From Eledone cirrhosa (lineage: Eukaryota): 64,000 bases of DNA. The stretch covers positions 342,240,001-342,304,000 of the forward strand of contig OZ024740.1 in assembly GCA_964016885.1 (NCBI GenBank). Direction: 5' to 3'. Position 1 is the stretch's first letter. Each line of letters begins with the position of its first letter. The notes below the pieces were generated by a model. The model was not told the origin of the DNA, did no database searches, and was given only the letters and a program-made list of their open reading frames with translations. The position numbers and the translations under genes are program-made. Positions 13,416-27,229 of the stretch are shown here, in pieces.

Positions 13416-13677
13416 AATATATATATATATATACACAGTGGCAGACTAGGTCTAAAAATATTGGTTGCCAGATGAAGGGGGAGCCCACCTAGATTTAGAA
13501 TGCTATCATTTAATTTTTATAATGAATAAATAACATTTTCAAAAAATACATAAGTGGAAACAAAACAGTGCAATCAATTTTTTGCGGAAAAATATCTTAC
13601 CTTCTCCAATAAAAAAAATATATTTTGCGAAATCCAGAGACTTTCAATAATGACCTTTGGTCTTTCACACTCACTCA

Positions 13678-13729
<52 letters not shown>

Positions 13730-13811
13730 ATACACCACCACTAATTGATTTGACAGATCTCTTTAACCCATTGAAACCAAATATTATTTGGTCAGTAGTT
13801 CATGTGTCAGT

Positions 13812-14092
13812 CATCATCATCATCATCATCAACGTTTAACGTCCGTGTTCCACGCTTGCATGGGTTTGGACGGGGGTAGTCCCACTTGAGGCAAGAGTGA
13901 TTGTCTTGCTCGCATAGGACTGTCTGGCAGGTTTTCTACAGTTGGATGCCCTTCCTAACACCAACCACATTTACAGTGTGGGTCTGGGAGGTTTTTACTG
14001 TGTTGCCTACACGGCCACATTACAGCGTGGACTGTGTGTTTTTTGTTGTGACACCTACACAATCTCATTTGTTTCGGCCTGGATGGTGTGGC
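13812..14092 (-). mobile_element. RTE 3' UTR fragment
   Basis: Reverse complement of 8950-9233, including the (CAT)n tail. Confidence 0.8.
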
Positions 14093-14351
14093 ACATATAT
14101 ATATATATATGCTGGTGTGTCTGTGTCTATATATTGCATGCATGATGAATACACTAAGCTTTAGATTTAGTAAAATGTACAACCACTGATTCCAGCTATT
14201 TGTACTATATTTTGGTTTCTAGTAATTCCCTGGGGAATTGGTTGATCAAATGCTTTGCTTAATTGTTTTATTTATTTAAAAAAAAATTTATTCTTTCTCT
14301 TAGACTTCAGGTATTTTTTGAAAGCAAAGCATTGGCCCCTAAAATACTACA

Positions 14352-14455
14352 GTGGACCCTGCACTGCTACTGTGGGCCCTTTGCGATGCTACTGTGGACC
14401 TGCAATGCTACTGTGGGCCCTTTGCGATGCTACTGTGGACCTGCAATGCTACTGT
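14352..14455. repeat. Short minisatellite (~41-bp unit, ~2.5 copies)
   Basis: GTGGGCCCTTTGCGATGCTACTGTGGACCTGCAATGCTACT repeated. Confidence 0.7.
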
Positions 14456-14578
14456 GTGTTTGTATGTACATGCCAGTTTTAAGTTAACTAACTGTAAAAA
14501 TGTGTGTCTGCATGTTGAAGATATTCTAGTAGTGGCTATTTCATCTTTTTAAATTATCAGGGTCTGCATTGTCTAATG

Positions 14579-14768
14579 CAGGGTTTCCCAAACATTTTCA
14601 AACATGGAACCCTTTTTGGTTCAGAACCTTTTGGGAAACCCCAAAGTTTAATACTGTTATATGGTCGTAATATAAATGTATTCCTCTACTTTTTTTCATG
14701 GAACCGCAGACACTGACAATCAGTTGTAGAACCCTTGAGTTCCGTGGAACCCACTTTGGGAACCACTG
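14579..14768. mobile_element. hAT (Charlie-like) MITE
   Basis: TIRs CAGGGTTTCCCAAA...TTTGGGAACCACTG with perfect 8-bp TSD GTCTAATG. Confidence 0.85.
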
Positions 14769-15109
14769 GTCTAATGTGTCGAGTTGAATGGGGTTTGAAG
14801 AGGATTTAGCTGCCATTTCTTGCAGGTTGAGGGAGCTCATAGAACAGGGGTTCTCAACCTGGGGTAAATTTATCCCCATCAGGTAAATTTCACCTACTCA
14901 GGAAAGAAACTTGCTAATTCTAGACATGTACAATTTTTTTCAATTATATTCATTAAACATTTGAAGACAGCTTATTTTGTCTATTAAAACGCTAGTCTGT
15001 TTTCTCTCTACCATCTTGGACTTACTATATATACTTGAATATAAGCTGACCCCACTATTTTATGTGTGAGAAATTTGGCAAAAATCCAAACCGTATTTTC
15101 ACCAACGCG

Positions 15110-15815
15110 AACGCCAAAACATAAATGAACTAAGTGAGAAATTAGGAATAAGAGGGATCAGATGCTGTTTACTTGAGAGAAGACTACGTTGGTATGGTCA
15201 CGTGATGAGCATGAAAGATGACAGCTGTATAAAAAAGTGCAGGGCAATCAAAATTGAAGGAAGTTACGGAGTAGGTAGACCCAGAAAAACCTGGGATGAT
15301 TTGATAAATTTTGACCTTACACACTTGCACCTCTCTAAGACAATGTCACTGGACCAAGATCTTTGGCACCATGCAGTAATACAGAAGACCTGCCGTGCCT
15401 ATGTACAAAGTGAAACCTACAGTCAGTAGGCACCTCTTAACCAAATATTCACCCCAACCCACTACCCCTATTTCATCCCCCCCCCACTCCCACCAACACC
15501 ACCCTTTCTCTGTAAAGTTATGTTTGTACCACAACATCCACTCCAAACTTATGAGGTTGTGTAGGTGTCATGACAAAAAAAACAGTCCACGCTGTAATGT
15601 GGTCATGTAGGTAACACAGTAAAAAGCTCCCAGTCCACACTGTAAATGTGGTTGGTGTTAGGAAGGGCATCCAGGCATAGAAAACCTACCAGACAGTCCT
15701 ATATGAGTGAGACTCGGTCACCCGACCAATCTTGCCTCACGTGGGACAATTCCCGTCTAATCCATGCTAGCATGGAAGATAGATGTTAAACGATGATGAT
15801 GATGATGATGATAAT
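15110..15815 (+). mobile_element. RTE LINE 3' fragment (same family as 7127-9233)
   Basis: RRLRWYGHVM...GRPRKTWDDLI, 3' UTR and (GAT)n tail. Confidence 0.88.
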
Positions 15816-16046
15816 GATTTCCACACTAGCTTGGATTAGATTTGAGGCAAGTTGAGGTCAGATGACCATGTCTTGCTCATACAGAACTGATTTTGGCTTG
15901 GTTTCTATGGCTGGATGCCTTTCCTAATGCCACAACATTTACAGTAAGTACTGGGTACTGGGTGCTTTTTATTGTGATACCTACATGACCAGTTTACTGA
16001 GTGGGCTGGGTGCTTTTTGTTATTAGCATACACACACACTATATAT

Positions 16047-16130
<84 letters not shown>

Positions 16131-16399
16131 GCACATACAATCACACACTGTGTATACAGAAGAAATATATTGTGAATTCAAATCCTACCAAAGTTAACTT
16201 TACCTTTATAATAAGTATCAGTTAAATACTGGGCAATTCATATTCCTATAAAACATCATGGATATTAATAAGATTATCATAGAAGTGTATGATTAAAGAT
16301 GTTTTTGTTGCTGTTTAGCCTTAGGTTATCCACTAGCCAGAGGACCCATGATCAAACCAACCATGACCATTTGGCTTCTGTGACGATCATTATTTTAGA

Positions 16400-16540
16400 C
16401 TGAATCCAGCCAAGGTGAGCTTTACCTTTCATCCTTACAAGGTCGATAAAATAAAGTACCAGTGATGCAATGATGTCGATTTAATCGACTTTCACTTTCC
16501 CCTAAAATTGTTGGCCTTGTGCCTAAAATCAGAAATCATT
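16400..16540 (+). mobile_element. SINE family A, 5'-truncated
   Basis: CCTTTCATCCTTACAAGGTCGATAAAATAAAGTACCAG...GGCCTTGTGCC. Confidence 0.7.
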
Positions 16541-16962
16541 ATTTTAGACAATCCGTTATTGTCCAATGTGTCCTTCTTATTTCATGATGGCAAGGCAGGA
16601 TTTTTGTTGAGATTTGGCTGTTACTTCTAGTAGATAAAGAAACTATGTAATGACTCCCTTATTTGTTTCCTTCTTGACAATGTGGATCTATGTGTGATGA
16701 TGAAAGAAAGAATGAGAGGAAAGAGGGAGATATGCTAGTGTTGCTTGGATGAAGAGTTGAGAGAGAGGGAGAGAAAGATAAGGAGGAGGGGTTGTTGAGA
16801 GGGGAAGAGTAGAGGAAGAAGTGAAAGTGAGAAGAAGGCAAATAAAATAAAAAAAAAAGACAGGAATGATTAAAAGAACAAAGAAAGTGATAGAGATATG
16901 TAGAGGATGGAGAAATGGGAGTAAGAAGTAGAAAGTATGATGGGGAAGAGATATAGAAATTG

Positions 16963-17011
<49 letters not shown>

Positions 17012-17014
<3 letters not shown>

Positions 17015-17165
17015 TCATCATCATCATCATCATCATCGTTTAACGCCCGTGTTCGATGCTTGCATGGGTTTGGACGGGAGTTTTCCCACTTGAGGCAAGA
17101 GTGGTTGTCTTGCTCGCATAGGACTGTCTGGCGGGTTTTCTACAGTACAGTTGGATGCCCTTCCT

Positions 17166-17168
<3 letters not shown>
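17012..17168 (-). mobile_element. RTE 3' end fragment, cut off by an (AT)n tract
   Basis: (CAT)n-CGTTTAACG...GGATGCCCTTCCTAACA followed by (AT)n. Confidence 0.8.
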
Positions 17169-17200
<32 letters not shown>

Positions 17201-17225
17201 ATATATCTATATATCTATATATATA

Positions 17226-17361
<136 letters not shown>

Positions 17362-17555
17362 GATAAATCTACCAAAAGTTTACGGTAGTGTCCAATCCGT
17401 ATGAAGAACTCAATGTAATCCGGATATCATGGAAAGAAGAGATGCATTCAAAAATCACTTTCGGTGAAAGATAAACGGAATACAGAGTCAAGATAAAATG
17501 TTAAAAAAATAATGAATAAAACAATGAAACAGTTCCTTATATTAAACAAAAAAAG

Positions 17556-17749
17556 TTCATTATTTAACGATCGTTTCTAGGACATATATGTGTTAGAATT
17601 GGCATGCATATTCAACAGATCTATGTACAAAATTATACAAAATTATACAAACTATCAAATATAATATACAAAATTATACAAAATTATACAAACTATCAAA
17701 TATAATATACATACCAACACATACATATGCCGTCTTCAGAAATAATGAA
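17556..17749 (-). ncRNA. Type I hammerhead ribozyme (PLE pLTR), left-arm copy
   Basis: Mirror image of 26562-26714, with an extra ~41-bp tandem duplication in the stem II loop. Confidence 0.75.
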
Positions 17750-18097
17750 ATATATTTATTGATAATAACAACAATTCAAAATTACAGGTCTGTTTGGGAA
17801 CAGAGTTCAAATTGACCAATGAAATACACAAAAATATATCAAGAAAATACAGTTAGGTGTGTGTATATATGTAAGTAACCTCGTTCACAGATATGCATAA
17901 AAATATATGTTCACATGCATACGCATGTCGAAAAAATGTATGTAAATACAAAAATTCAGGGCTAATGTCTCTGTATGTTTATAATCTACAGACAAAATAC
18001 ACATACGTATATAAACATATATACACTCATATATACACACATATACATACATTTATACACATACGCGCATATACACATAAACATACACATACCCACG

Positions 18098-18136
<39 letters not shown>

Positions 18137-18372
18137 GTATATATTATTATTATAACTATATGGATATTAAGGCGCACACATAAACACTGCCACATATATT
18201 TACATCTAGATGCAGTAGGTAAAGTAGGTAAAGGGGGTCAGTAATTACTGAGGGTGTCAGACAACTGCCTATTTATAAAATGTATCTATAAATTTAGAAA
18301 TAAAAAGAAATATATTAAAAAGAAATAAACAAGTAAAATATACACTCATACATAAAATACACACCGATATAC

Positions 18373-18420
<48 letters not shown>

Positions 18421-18828
18421 ATATACACACATATATATAGAGACATATACATATACATATATAAATACATAGACACACATACATACACTCATATATATAT
18501 ACATATACTCACAACACATATATATATATATACACATATATGTACATACACATACACATACATACATATACATATATATATACACACATACATATACATA
18601 CATATATACACACGCATATATATATACACATACACGCAGATATATATACACACATACATATACGCACTTGTACATACACATACACATATCCATGTATATA
18701 TATACACATACAACCACACGCTCACACACAACTCAGACATACATAAATAAAGAGATATACATACACACATATATATATATATATAGATATATACATACAC
18801 ATAAATATATATACACACACATACACAT

Positions 18829-18900
<72 letters not shown>

Positions 18901-18974
18901 ACACACAGTCAGATAATTATGCACACATATATATATACACATACACACATCTCTACAAATATATATACACACAT

Positions 18975-19007
<33 letters not shown>

Positions 19008-20253
19008 CACACATATATATGCATAAATAGATAGACATACATATACATATATATATATCTATATATATACAATCATATATATATATATCTATATATATAT
19101 ATATCTATATATATACAATCATACACACTTATTTACATGCGCACATATGTATTTTTATACTCACATACAAACACCCAAACATACATACATACTTACATAC
19201 ACATACATACATCCACGCTTACAAATACGAATAATTATAGGGGGGGGGGATTAAAATTATTAGTGGGAAATAGTAAATATAGGTTTCAAGGAACATAGAA
19301 TATTAATCTGCATTTAGATCATAATATGTGTTTACATAGTAGTTTCAGTATTAGGAAATGTAAGAAAGAAGGCAAAATTATGCATTTTAATATAAGTAGA
19401 CTATTAATTATAGGTTAACTAAATTAAAAATAGTTAATATATTGATTTCTAAGGTGTATACCACTTAGGTTTATAATATTTAAAGCGGAATTTTGAAGTT
19501 AAACAGTAGTAGAGTATTAATTATAGCATAACTAAATTAAAAATATTAACATTATGGTATCAATTTTAGGAAATGAATTTAGTAATAGGGAAAACCAAAT
19601 CAAGTATTTCATCGGTAGTAGAATATAAATTATAGGTTAACTAAATTAAAAATTATATATTAATTTCTATAGTATATGTTAATTAGGTTTATAATAATTA
19701 AAGCAGATTTTGTATTTTATCTATAGTAGAATATAATTATAGGTTAACAAAAATTAAGATTAATATATATATATATATATATTTAATTGTAAAGAATATA
19801 TTAATATATTAATTAGGTATATATTTAAAAGTTTATCTCAGTTTATGATTATATGATATTCTGCAATCCATCTGTATTAGAATTTTAATTTTAAGCTAAC
19901 TAAATTAAAATTATAGGTTAACTAAATTAAAATTAATTTATAAATAAATTTCTAAATTGTACATTAATTAGGTTTATAATATTAAAAAAGTATTTCTCTG
20001 TTATTGATTACACGATATTTTGTTATATTTCATCTGTAAAGGAATTTTAATAAAAGGTTAAATAAACTAAAATTAATCTATAAATTAATTTACAAAGTAT
20101 ATATTAATTATGTTAATAATATTTAAAGTTTTTCACAATTTATGATTACACAATATTTTTTAATCTCATCTGTAGTAGAATTTTAATTAAATTAAAGTTA
20201 TAGGTTAACTACATTTAAATTAAATTATATATTAATTTCTAAAATATATATTA

Positions 20254-22136
20254 TTAATTAGGTTTATAATATTTAAATGTTTTTCTCAGTTTATGATTAC
20301 ACGATATAATTAATTCCTGTCGCTTATTTAATAGGATATCCTTAGATTTCATTATTTCAAATAGTTCTTGAGAACATAATCTACATTCATTTCTATTATT
20401 TTGATAAGGGGTGGCTCTTTTGAGCACACTCCAGGTCATATCATATTCTATATTCTTTTTTCTATAACTATTAATTTTTTCTGCTAGAGATGTTGTATTA
20501 GCCAGTGCGGTATTTTTAAAACTATGTTTGTGGGTATTAAACCTTACCTTAAAATTGTTAGAAGTAGCTCCTATATATGAGCAAATGGAATCTTTAGTTT
20601 TAACTTTACATTTATAAACTATGTTGTTAACAAGACAATTTCCTTTTAATGGGCAATTTGCTTTGTTTCTACAGTTACAACCTTTCGTTAATTCTGTATT
20701 TGAGGAGATATTATGGTTAGTTTGATGTATTGGTGGTATACTTATGGTTTTTTTACATTTATATGCATTATAGGCACTTATATTTTGTTTTATGTTTTTG
20801 GTTGTTGAGTATGAGAATTTAACTGTTGATCTATTTAAGATTTGATGGTATTTGTGGTTTGGCGGGAAGTTTTTCTCTAGGATATAAAACAATTTTTTAG
20901 CAATATTATCCTTAATTTGTAAATTAAATGGAGCATTATACCAAGTAACTCGTCTATTACGGTTTCTATGTTGTTTATTATTTTTATAGGTTGCATCGTG
21001 ATGTTTACTAGGAGGATTAATGTTAATGACCTCACCACGCACATTTTTAGTTAGATTTATTGATTTAGGTGTTTTATCTTGTTTATTAGGAGTTTTATTA
21101 TTAACATTTATTAGAGTTGTATGATGAGTAGTTTTTTGAGAGTTACTATACTTTATATTAGAGGAGTTGTTTGTATTTTGGGGTATAGTGTGAGTGGCGT
21201 TTAGGTGTGTACTTTTCATTTGGTGTTTGTTGGTAATATTAGGTTGTATGTTTATAGTAGTTTTAGTAGAAGGTATATATTCTAATCTATTTTTGTGGCC
21301 ACTTCTATCTAGAGCTTCGTTATAGAAGGTCGCATTTTTATCAAATACATCTTGGTTAGACGAAAGGTTAGAAATTCTAAGTGATATATTATATGCAAGG
21401 TTTTTAAGGATAGATTTAGGGTGATTAGATTGTGAGTGTATGTAGTGTAAGTTTTGGTTGGGTTTATGGTAAGGTTGGTAGATACCCGTAGCTAAGTCTA
21501 AAGTTATATCTAGGAAATTAACTACTTTACTTGTGTTTTCAAAAGTAATATGAAGACTATAATAGTCTTTAAGGAAAGTTCTAATAAGCTTTTTGTTTTT
21601 TCTATTTCTGAGAGGCTAAGGTTGTTGGAAAGAAGAAGACAGTCATCACGATATAAACCACCTTTAAGGTGGGGAAAGGAAGCATTTATGTTGAAAAGAA
21701 GAAAGAGGCCCACAAGATCAGTAATTTGGGCAGAATCGCTTGAACCCATAGTAATATCAAATAGATTACTATATGTGTTTCTGGTCCAGTATTCATTCTG
21801 AAATTCAATAAGTGTTAGTCTAGCATGTGTAATAATATTAATGTCATCCAAAGTTAAGTTAGATCTATTTTTAGCAAATATCAAAGCTTTGTTCAGGAGT
21901 ATAGGTGATATAGAAGAATAGTAATTATCTATATCAAATTGTAGAAATGAAGCAGAAGATTTACACCTAATATTTTTAAACCAGTTAATTACCTGGGAAG
22001 TGTTTTCCCAGAGTGGTAAATTAACATGTTTTCTTATTTGTGGGATGACTCTATCCAAAATTTTTTTGCTAATTATTCCAATATCAGATTTGGAGGGACT
22101 TATAAGTCTTATAGAAGGATTTGAGTTAAAGTTTTA
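20254..22136 (-). pseudogene. PLE RT/GIY-YIG ORF, 5'-truncated, one frameshift
   Basis: Matches the + copy except a 1-nt shorter A-run near 21596-21601 and a few substitutions. Confidence 0.9.
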
Positions 22137-24014
22137 TTTAACTCAAATCCTTCTATAAGACTTATATGTCCCTCCAAATCTGATATTGGAATAATTAGCA
22201 AAAAAATTTTGGATAGAGTCATCCCACAAATAAGAAAACATGTTAATTTACCACTCTGGGAAAACACTTCCCAGGTAATTAACTGGTTTAAAAATATTAG
22301 GTGTAAATCTTCTGCTTCATTTCTACAATTTGATATAGATAATTACTATTCTTCTATATCACCTATACTCCTGAACAAAGCTTTGATATTTGCTAAAAAT
22401 AGATCTAACTTAACTTTGGATGACATTAATATTATTACACATGCTAGACTAACACTTATTGAATTTCAGAATGAATACTGGACCAGAAACACATATAGTA
22501 ATCTATTTGATATTACTATGGGTTCAAGCGATTCTGCCCAAATTACTGATCTTGTGGGCCTCTTTCTTCTTTTCAACATAAATGCTTCCTTTCCCCACCT
22601 TAAAGGTGGTTTATATCGTGATGACTGTCTTCTTCTTTCCAACAACCTTAGCCTCTCAGAAATAGAAAAAAACAAAAAGCTTATTAGAACTTTCCTTAAA
22701 GACTATTATAGTCTTCATATTACTTTTGAAAGCACAAGTAAAGTAGTTAATTTCCTAGATATAACTTTAGACTTAGCTACGGGTATCTACCAACCTTACC
22801 ATAAACCCAACCAAAACTTACACTACATACACTCACAATCTAATCACCCTAAATCTATCCTTAAAAACCTTGCATATAATATATCACTTAGAATTTCTAA
22901 CCTTTCGTCTAACCAAGATGTATTTGATAAAAATGCGACCTTCTATAACGAAGCTCTAGATAGAAGTGGCCACAAAAATAGATTAGAATATATACCTTCT
23001 ACTAAAACTACTATAAACACACAACCTAATATTACCAACAAACACCAAATGAAAAGTACACACCTAAACGCCACTCACACTATACCCCAAAATACAAACA
23101 ACTCCTCTAATATAAAGTATAGTAACTCTCAAAAAACTACTCATCATACAACTCTAATAAATGTTAATAATAAAACTCCTAATAAACAAGATAAAACACC
23201 TAAATCAATAAATCTAACTAAAAATGTGCGTGGTGAGGTCATTAACATTAATCCTCCTAGTAAACATCACGATGCAACCTATAAAAATAATAAACAACAT
23301 AGAAACCGTAATAGACGAGTTACTTGGTATAATGCTCCATTTAATTTACAAATTAAGGATAATATTGCTAAAAAATTGTTTTATATCCTAGAGAAAAACT
23401 TCCCGCCAAACCACAAATACCATCAAATCTTAAATAGATCAACAGTTAAATTCTCATACTCAACAACCAAAAACATAAAACAAAATATAAGTGCCTATAA
23501 TGCATATAAATGTAAAAGAACCATAAGTATACCACCAATACATCAAACTAACCATAATATCTCCTCAAATACAGAATTAACGAAAGGTTGTAACTGTAGA
23601 AACAAAGCAAAATGCCCATTAAAAGGAAATTGTCTTGTTAACAACATAGTTTATAAATGTAAAGTTAAAACTAAAGATTCTATTTGCTCATATATAGGAG
23701 CTACTTCTAACAATTTTAAGGTAAGGTTTAATACCCACAAACATAGTTTTAAAAATACCGCACTGGCTAATACAACATCTCTAGCAGAAAAAATTAATAG
23801 TTATAGAAAAAAGAATATAGAATATGATATGACCTGGAGTGTACTCAAAAGAGCCACCCCTTATCAAAATAATAGAAATGAATGTAGATTATGTTCCCAA
23901 GAACTATTTGAAATAATGAAATCTAAGGATATCCTATTAAATAAGCGACAGGAATTAATTATATCGTGTAATCATAAACTGAGAAAAACATTTAAATATT
24001 ATAAACCTAATTAA
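22137..24014 (+). CDS. Penelope-like RT + GIY-YIG endonuclease; open frame but 5'-truncated (no ATG)
   Basis: Frame open from the palindrome centre (FNSNPSIRLICPSKSD). RT motifs FDIDNYYSSI, MGSSDSAQ, GLYRDD; Cys linker CNCRNKAKCPLKGNC; GIY-YIG IVYKC...SYIGAT...RFNTH. Confidence 0.93.
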   Translation, partial: FNSNPSIRLICPSKSDIGIISKKILDRVIPQIRKHVNLPLWENTSQVINWFKNIRCKSSASFLQFDIDNYYSSISPILLNKALIFAKNRSNLTLDDINIITHARLTLIEFQNEYWTRNTYSNLFDITMGSSDSAQITDLVGLFLLFNINASFPHLKGGLYRDDCLLLSNNLSLSEIEKNKKLIRTFLKDYYSLHITFESTSKVVNFLDITLDLATGIYQPYHKPNQNLHYIHSQSNHPKSILKNLAYNISLRISNLSSNQDVFDKNATFYNEALDRSGHKNRLEYIPSTKTTINTQPNITNKHQMKSTHLNATHTIPQNTNNSSNIKYSNSQKTTHHTTLINVNNKTPNKQDKTPKSINLTKNVRGEVININPPSKHHDATYKNNKQHRNRNRRVTWYNAPFNLQIKDNIAKKLFYILEKNFPPNHKYHQILNRSTVKFSYSTTKNIKQNISAYNAYKCKRTISIPPIHQTNHNISSNTELTKGCNCRNKAKCPLKGNCLVNNIVYKCKVKTKDSICSYIGATSNNFKVRFNTHKHSFKNTALANTTSLAEKINSYRKKNIEYDMTWSVLKRATPYQNNRNECRLCSQELFEIMKSKDILLNKRQELIISCNHKLRKTFKYYKPN

Positions 24015-24870
24015 TAATATATATTTTAGAAATTAATATATAATTTAATTTAAATGTAGTTAACCTATAACTTTAATTTAATTAAAATTCTACTACAGAT
24101 GAGATTAAAAAATATTGTGTAATCATAAATTGTGAAAAACTTTAAATATTATTAACATAATTAATATATACTTTGTAAATTAATTTATAGATTAATTTTA
24201 GTTTATTTAACCTTTTATTAAAATTCCTTTACAGATGAAATATAACAAAATATCGTGTAATCAATAACAGAGAAATACTTTTTAATATTATAAACCTAAT
24301 TAATGTACAATTTAGAAATTTATTTATAAATTAATTTTAATTTAGTTAACCTATAATTTTAATTTAGTTAGCTTAAAATTAAAATTCTAATACAGATGGA
24401 TTGCAGAATATCATATAATCATAAACTGAGATAAACTTTTAAATATATACCTAATTAATATATTAATATATTCTTTACAATTAAATATATATATATATAT
24501 ATATATTAATCTTAATTTTTGTTAACCTATAATTATATTCTACTATAGATAAAATACAAAATCTGCTTTAATTATTATAAACCTAATTAACATATACTAT
24601 AGAAATTAATATATAATTTTTAATTTAGTTAACCTATAATTTATATTCTACTACCGATGAAATACTTGATTTGGTTTTCCCTATTACTAAATTCATTTCC
24701 TAAAATTGATACCATAATGTTAATATTTTTAATTTAGTTATGCTATAATTAATACTCTACTACTGTTTAACTTCAAAATTCCGCTTTAAATATTATAAAC
24801 CTAAGTGGTATACACCTTAGAAATAAATATATTAACTATTTTTAATTTAGTTAACCTATAATTAATAGTC
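23960..24870 (+). repeat. Degenerate ~140-150-bp tandem repeat containing the ORF C-terminus
   Basis: ATATCGTGTAATCATAAACTGAGAAAAACATTTAAATATTATAAACCTAATTAAT recurs, decaying, near 23960, 24112, 24250, 24408, 24570 and 24785. Confidence 0.75.
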
Positions 24871-25259
24871 TACTTATATTAAAATGCATAATTTTGCCTT
24901 CTTTCTTACATTTCCTAATACTGAAACTACTATGTAAACACATATTATGATCTAAATGCAGATTAATATTCTATGTTCCTTGAAACCTATATTTACTATT
25001 TCCCACTAATAATTTTAATCCCCCCCCCCTATAATTATTCGTATTTGTAAGCGTGGATGTATGTATGTGTATGTAAGTATGTATGTATGTTTGGGTGTTT
25101 GTATGTGAGTATAAAAATACATATGTGCGCATGTAAATAAGTGTGTATGATTGTATATATATAGATATATATATATATAGATATATATATATATGATTGT
25201 ATATATATAGATATATATATATGTATATGTATGTCTATCTATTTATGCATATATATGTG

Positions 25260-25292
<33 letters not shown>

Positions 25293-25366
25293 ATGTGTGT
25301 ATATATATTTGTAGAGATGTGTGTATGTGTATATATATATGTGTGCATAATTATCTGACTGTGTGT

Positions 25367-25450
<84 letters not shown>

Positions 25451-25858
25451 ATGTGTATGTGTGTGTATATATATTTATGTGTATGTATATATCTATATAT
25501 ATATATATATGTGTGTATGTATATCTCTTTATTTATGTATGTCTGAGTTGTGTGTGAGCGTGTGGTTGTATGTGTATATATATACATGGATATGTGTATG
25601 TGTATGTATATGTGCGTATATGTATGTGTGTATATATATCTGCGTGTATGTGTATATATATATGCGTGTGTATATATGTATGTATATGTATGTGTGTATA
25701 TATATATGTATATGTATGTATGTGTATGTGTATGTACATATATGTGTATATATATATATATGTGTTGTGAGTATATGTATATATATATGAGTGTATGTAT
25801 GTGTGTCTATGTATTTATATATGTATATGTATATGTCTCTATATATATGTGTGTGTAT

Positions 25859-25906
<48 letters not shown>

Positions 25907-26142
25907 GTATATCGGTGTGTATTTTATGTATGAGTGTATATTTTACTTGTTTATTTCTTTTTAATATATTTCTTTTTATTTCTAAATTTATAGATACATT
26001 TTATAAATAGGCAGTTGTCTGACACCCTCAGTAATTACTGACCCCCTTTACCTACTTTACCTACTGCATCTAGATGTAAATATATGTGGCAGTGTTTATG
26101 TGTGCGCCTTAATATCCATATAGTTATAATAATAATATATAC

Positions 26143-26213
<71 letters not shown>

Positions 26214-26561
26214 CGTGGGTATGTGTATGTTTATGTGTATATGCGCGTATGTGTATAAATGTATGTATATGTGTGTATATATGAGTGTATATATGTTTAT
26301 ATACGTATGTGTATTTTGTCTGTAGATTATAAACATACAGAGACATTAGCCCTGAATTTTTGTATTTACATACATTTTTTCGACATGCGTATGCATGTGA
26401 ACATATATTTTTATGCATATCTGTGAACGAGGTTACTTACATATATACACACACCTAACTGTATTTTCTTGATATATTTTTGTGTATTTCATTGGTCAAT
26501 TTGAACTCTGTTCCCAAACAGACCTGTAATTTTGAATTGTTGTTATTATCAATAAATATAT

Positions 26562-26714
26562 TTCATTATTTCTGAAGACGGCATATGTATGTGTTGGTAT
26601 GTATATTATATTTGATAGTTTGTATAATTTTGTATAATTTTGTACATAGATCTGTTGAATATGCATGCCAATTCTAACACATATATGTCCTAGAAACGAT
26701 CGTTAAATAATGAA
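26562..26714 (+). ncRNA. Type I hammerhead ribozyme (PLE pLTR) with long stem II
   Basis: TTCATTATTT-CTGAAGA-[~114 nt, partly self-complementary]-GAAA-CGATCG-TT-AAATAATGAA. Perfect 10-bp stem I, palindromic stem III ACGATCGT, GUU site. Confidence 0.8.
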
Positions 26715-26768
26715 CTTTTTTTGTTTAATATAAGGAACTGTTTCATTGTTTTATTCATTATTTTTTTA

Positions 26769-26863
<95 letters not shown>

Positions 26864-26881
26864 GTATATATATATATATAT

Positions 26882-27225
26882 GGAGGCACATGGCTTAGTG
26901 GTTAGAGCATTGGCCTTGCAATCGAAAGGTTGTGAGTTCAATTCTCAGACCGGGTGATGTGTTGTTTCCTTGAGCAAGGCACTTTATTTCACATTGCTCC
27001 AGTTTACTCACCTGTAGAAATGAGATGATAGGGACTGGGGTCCTTATCATTCCACTGCAAAGTGGTCGTGGAGGTGCCACGGCAAAAAAGCACCCACCAC
27101 TCACTGTAAATGAGGTTGGTGTTAGGAAGGGCATCCAGCTGTAGAAATCAAGCCAGAATCAGTTCCCGTCCCACCCTTGCAAGCAGGGAAAAGTGGACAT
27201 AAAATGAAATGATGAAATGATGATG
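26882..27225 (+). mobile_element. tRNA-derived SINE, family B
   Basis: Near-identical to 13076-13415. Confidence 0.8.
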
Positions 27226-27229
27226 ATAC

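Larger units (their letters stand above)
17493..26777. repeat. 9.3-kb near-perfect inverted repeat (arms 17493-22130 and 22137-26777; loop GTTTTA)
   Basis: Centre reads GAAGGATTTGAGTTAAA-GTTTTA-TTTAACTCAAATCCTTC; mirror-image ORFs and microsatellites on both sides. Confidence 0.97.
22137..26777 (+). mobile_element. Penelope-like element, right arm of the giant palindrome
   Basis: ORF, ~2.5-kb repetitive 3' region, HHR at 26562-26714, ending in (AT)n. Confidence 0.93.

Noticed and set aside
14290-14320. 7-nt micro-exon (TTAG|ACTTCAG|GTAT)
   Set aside because: Such motifs arise by chance in T-rich DNA; no supporting evidence.
22209-24014. Intact autonomous gene, telomerase or group II intron maturase
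   Set aside because: The frame starts at the truncation point with no ATG, and RT plus C-terminal GIY-YIG is the PLE architecture.
17493-26777. DNA transposon (Polinton/foldback) with long TIRs
   Set aside because: The arms are the retroelement itself, with no internal region or transposase.
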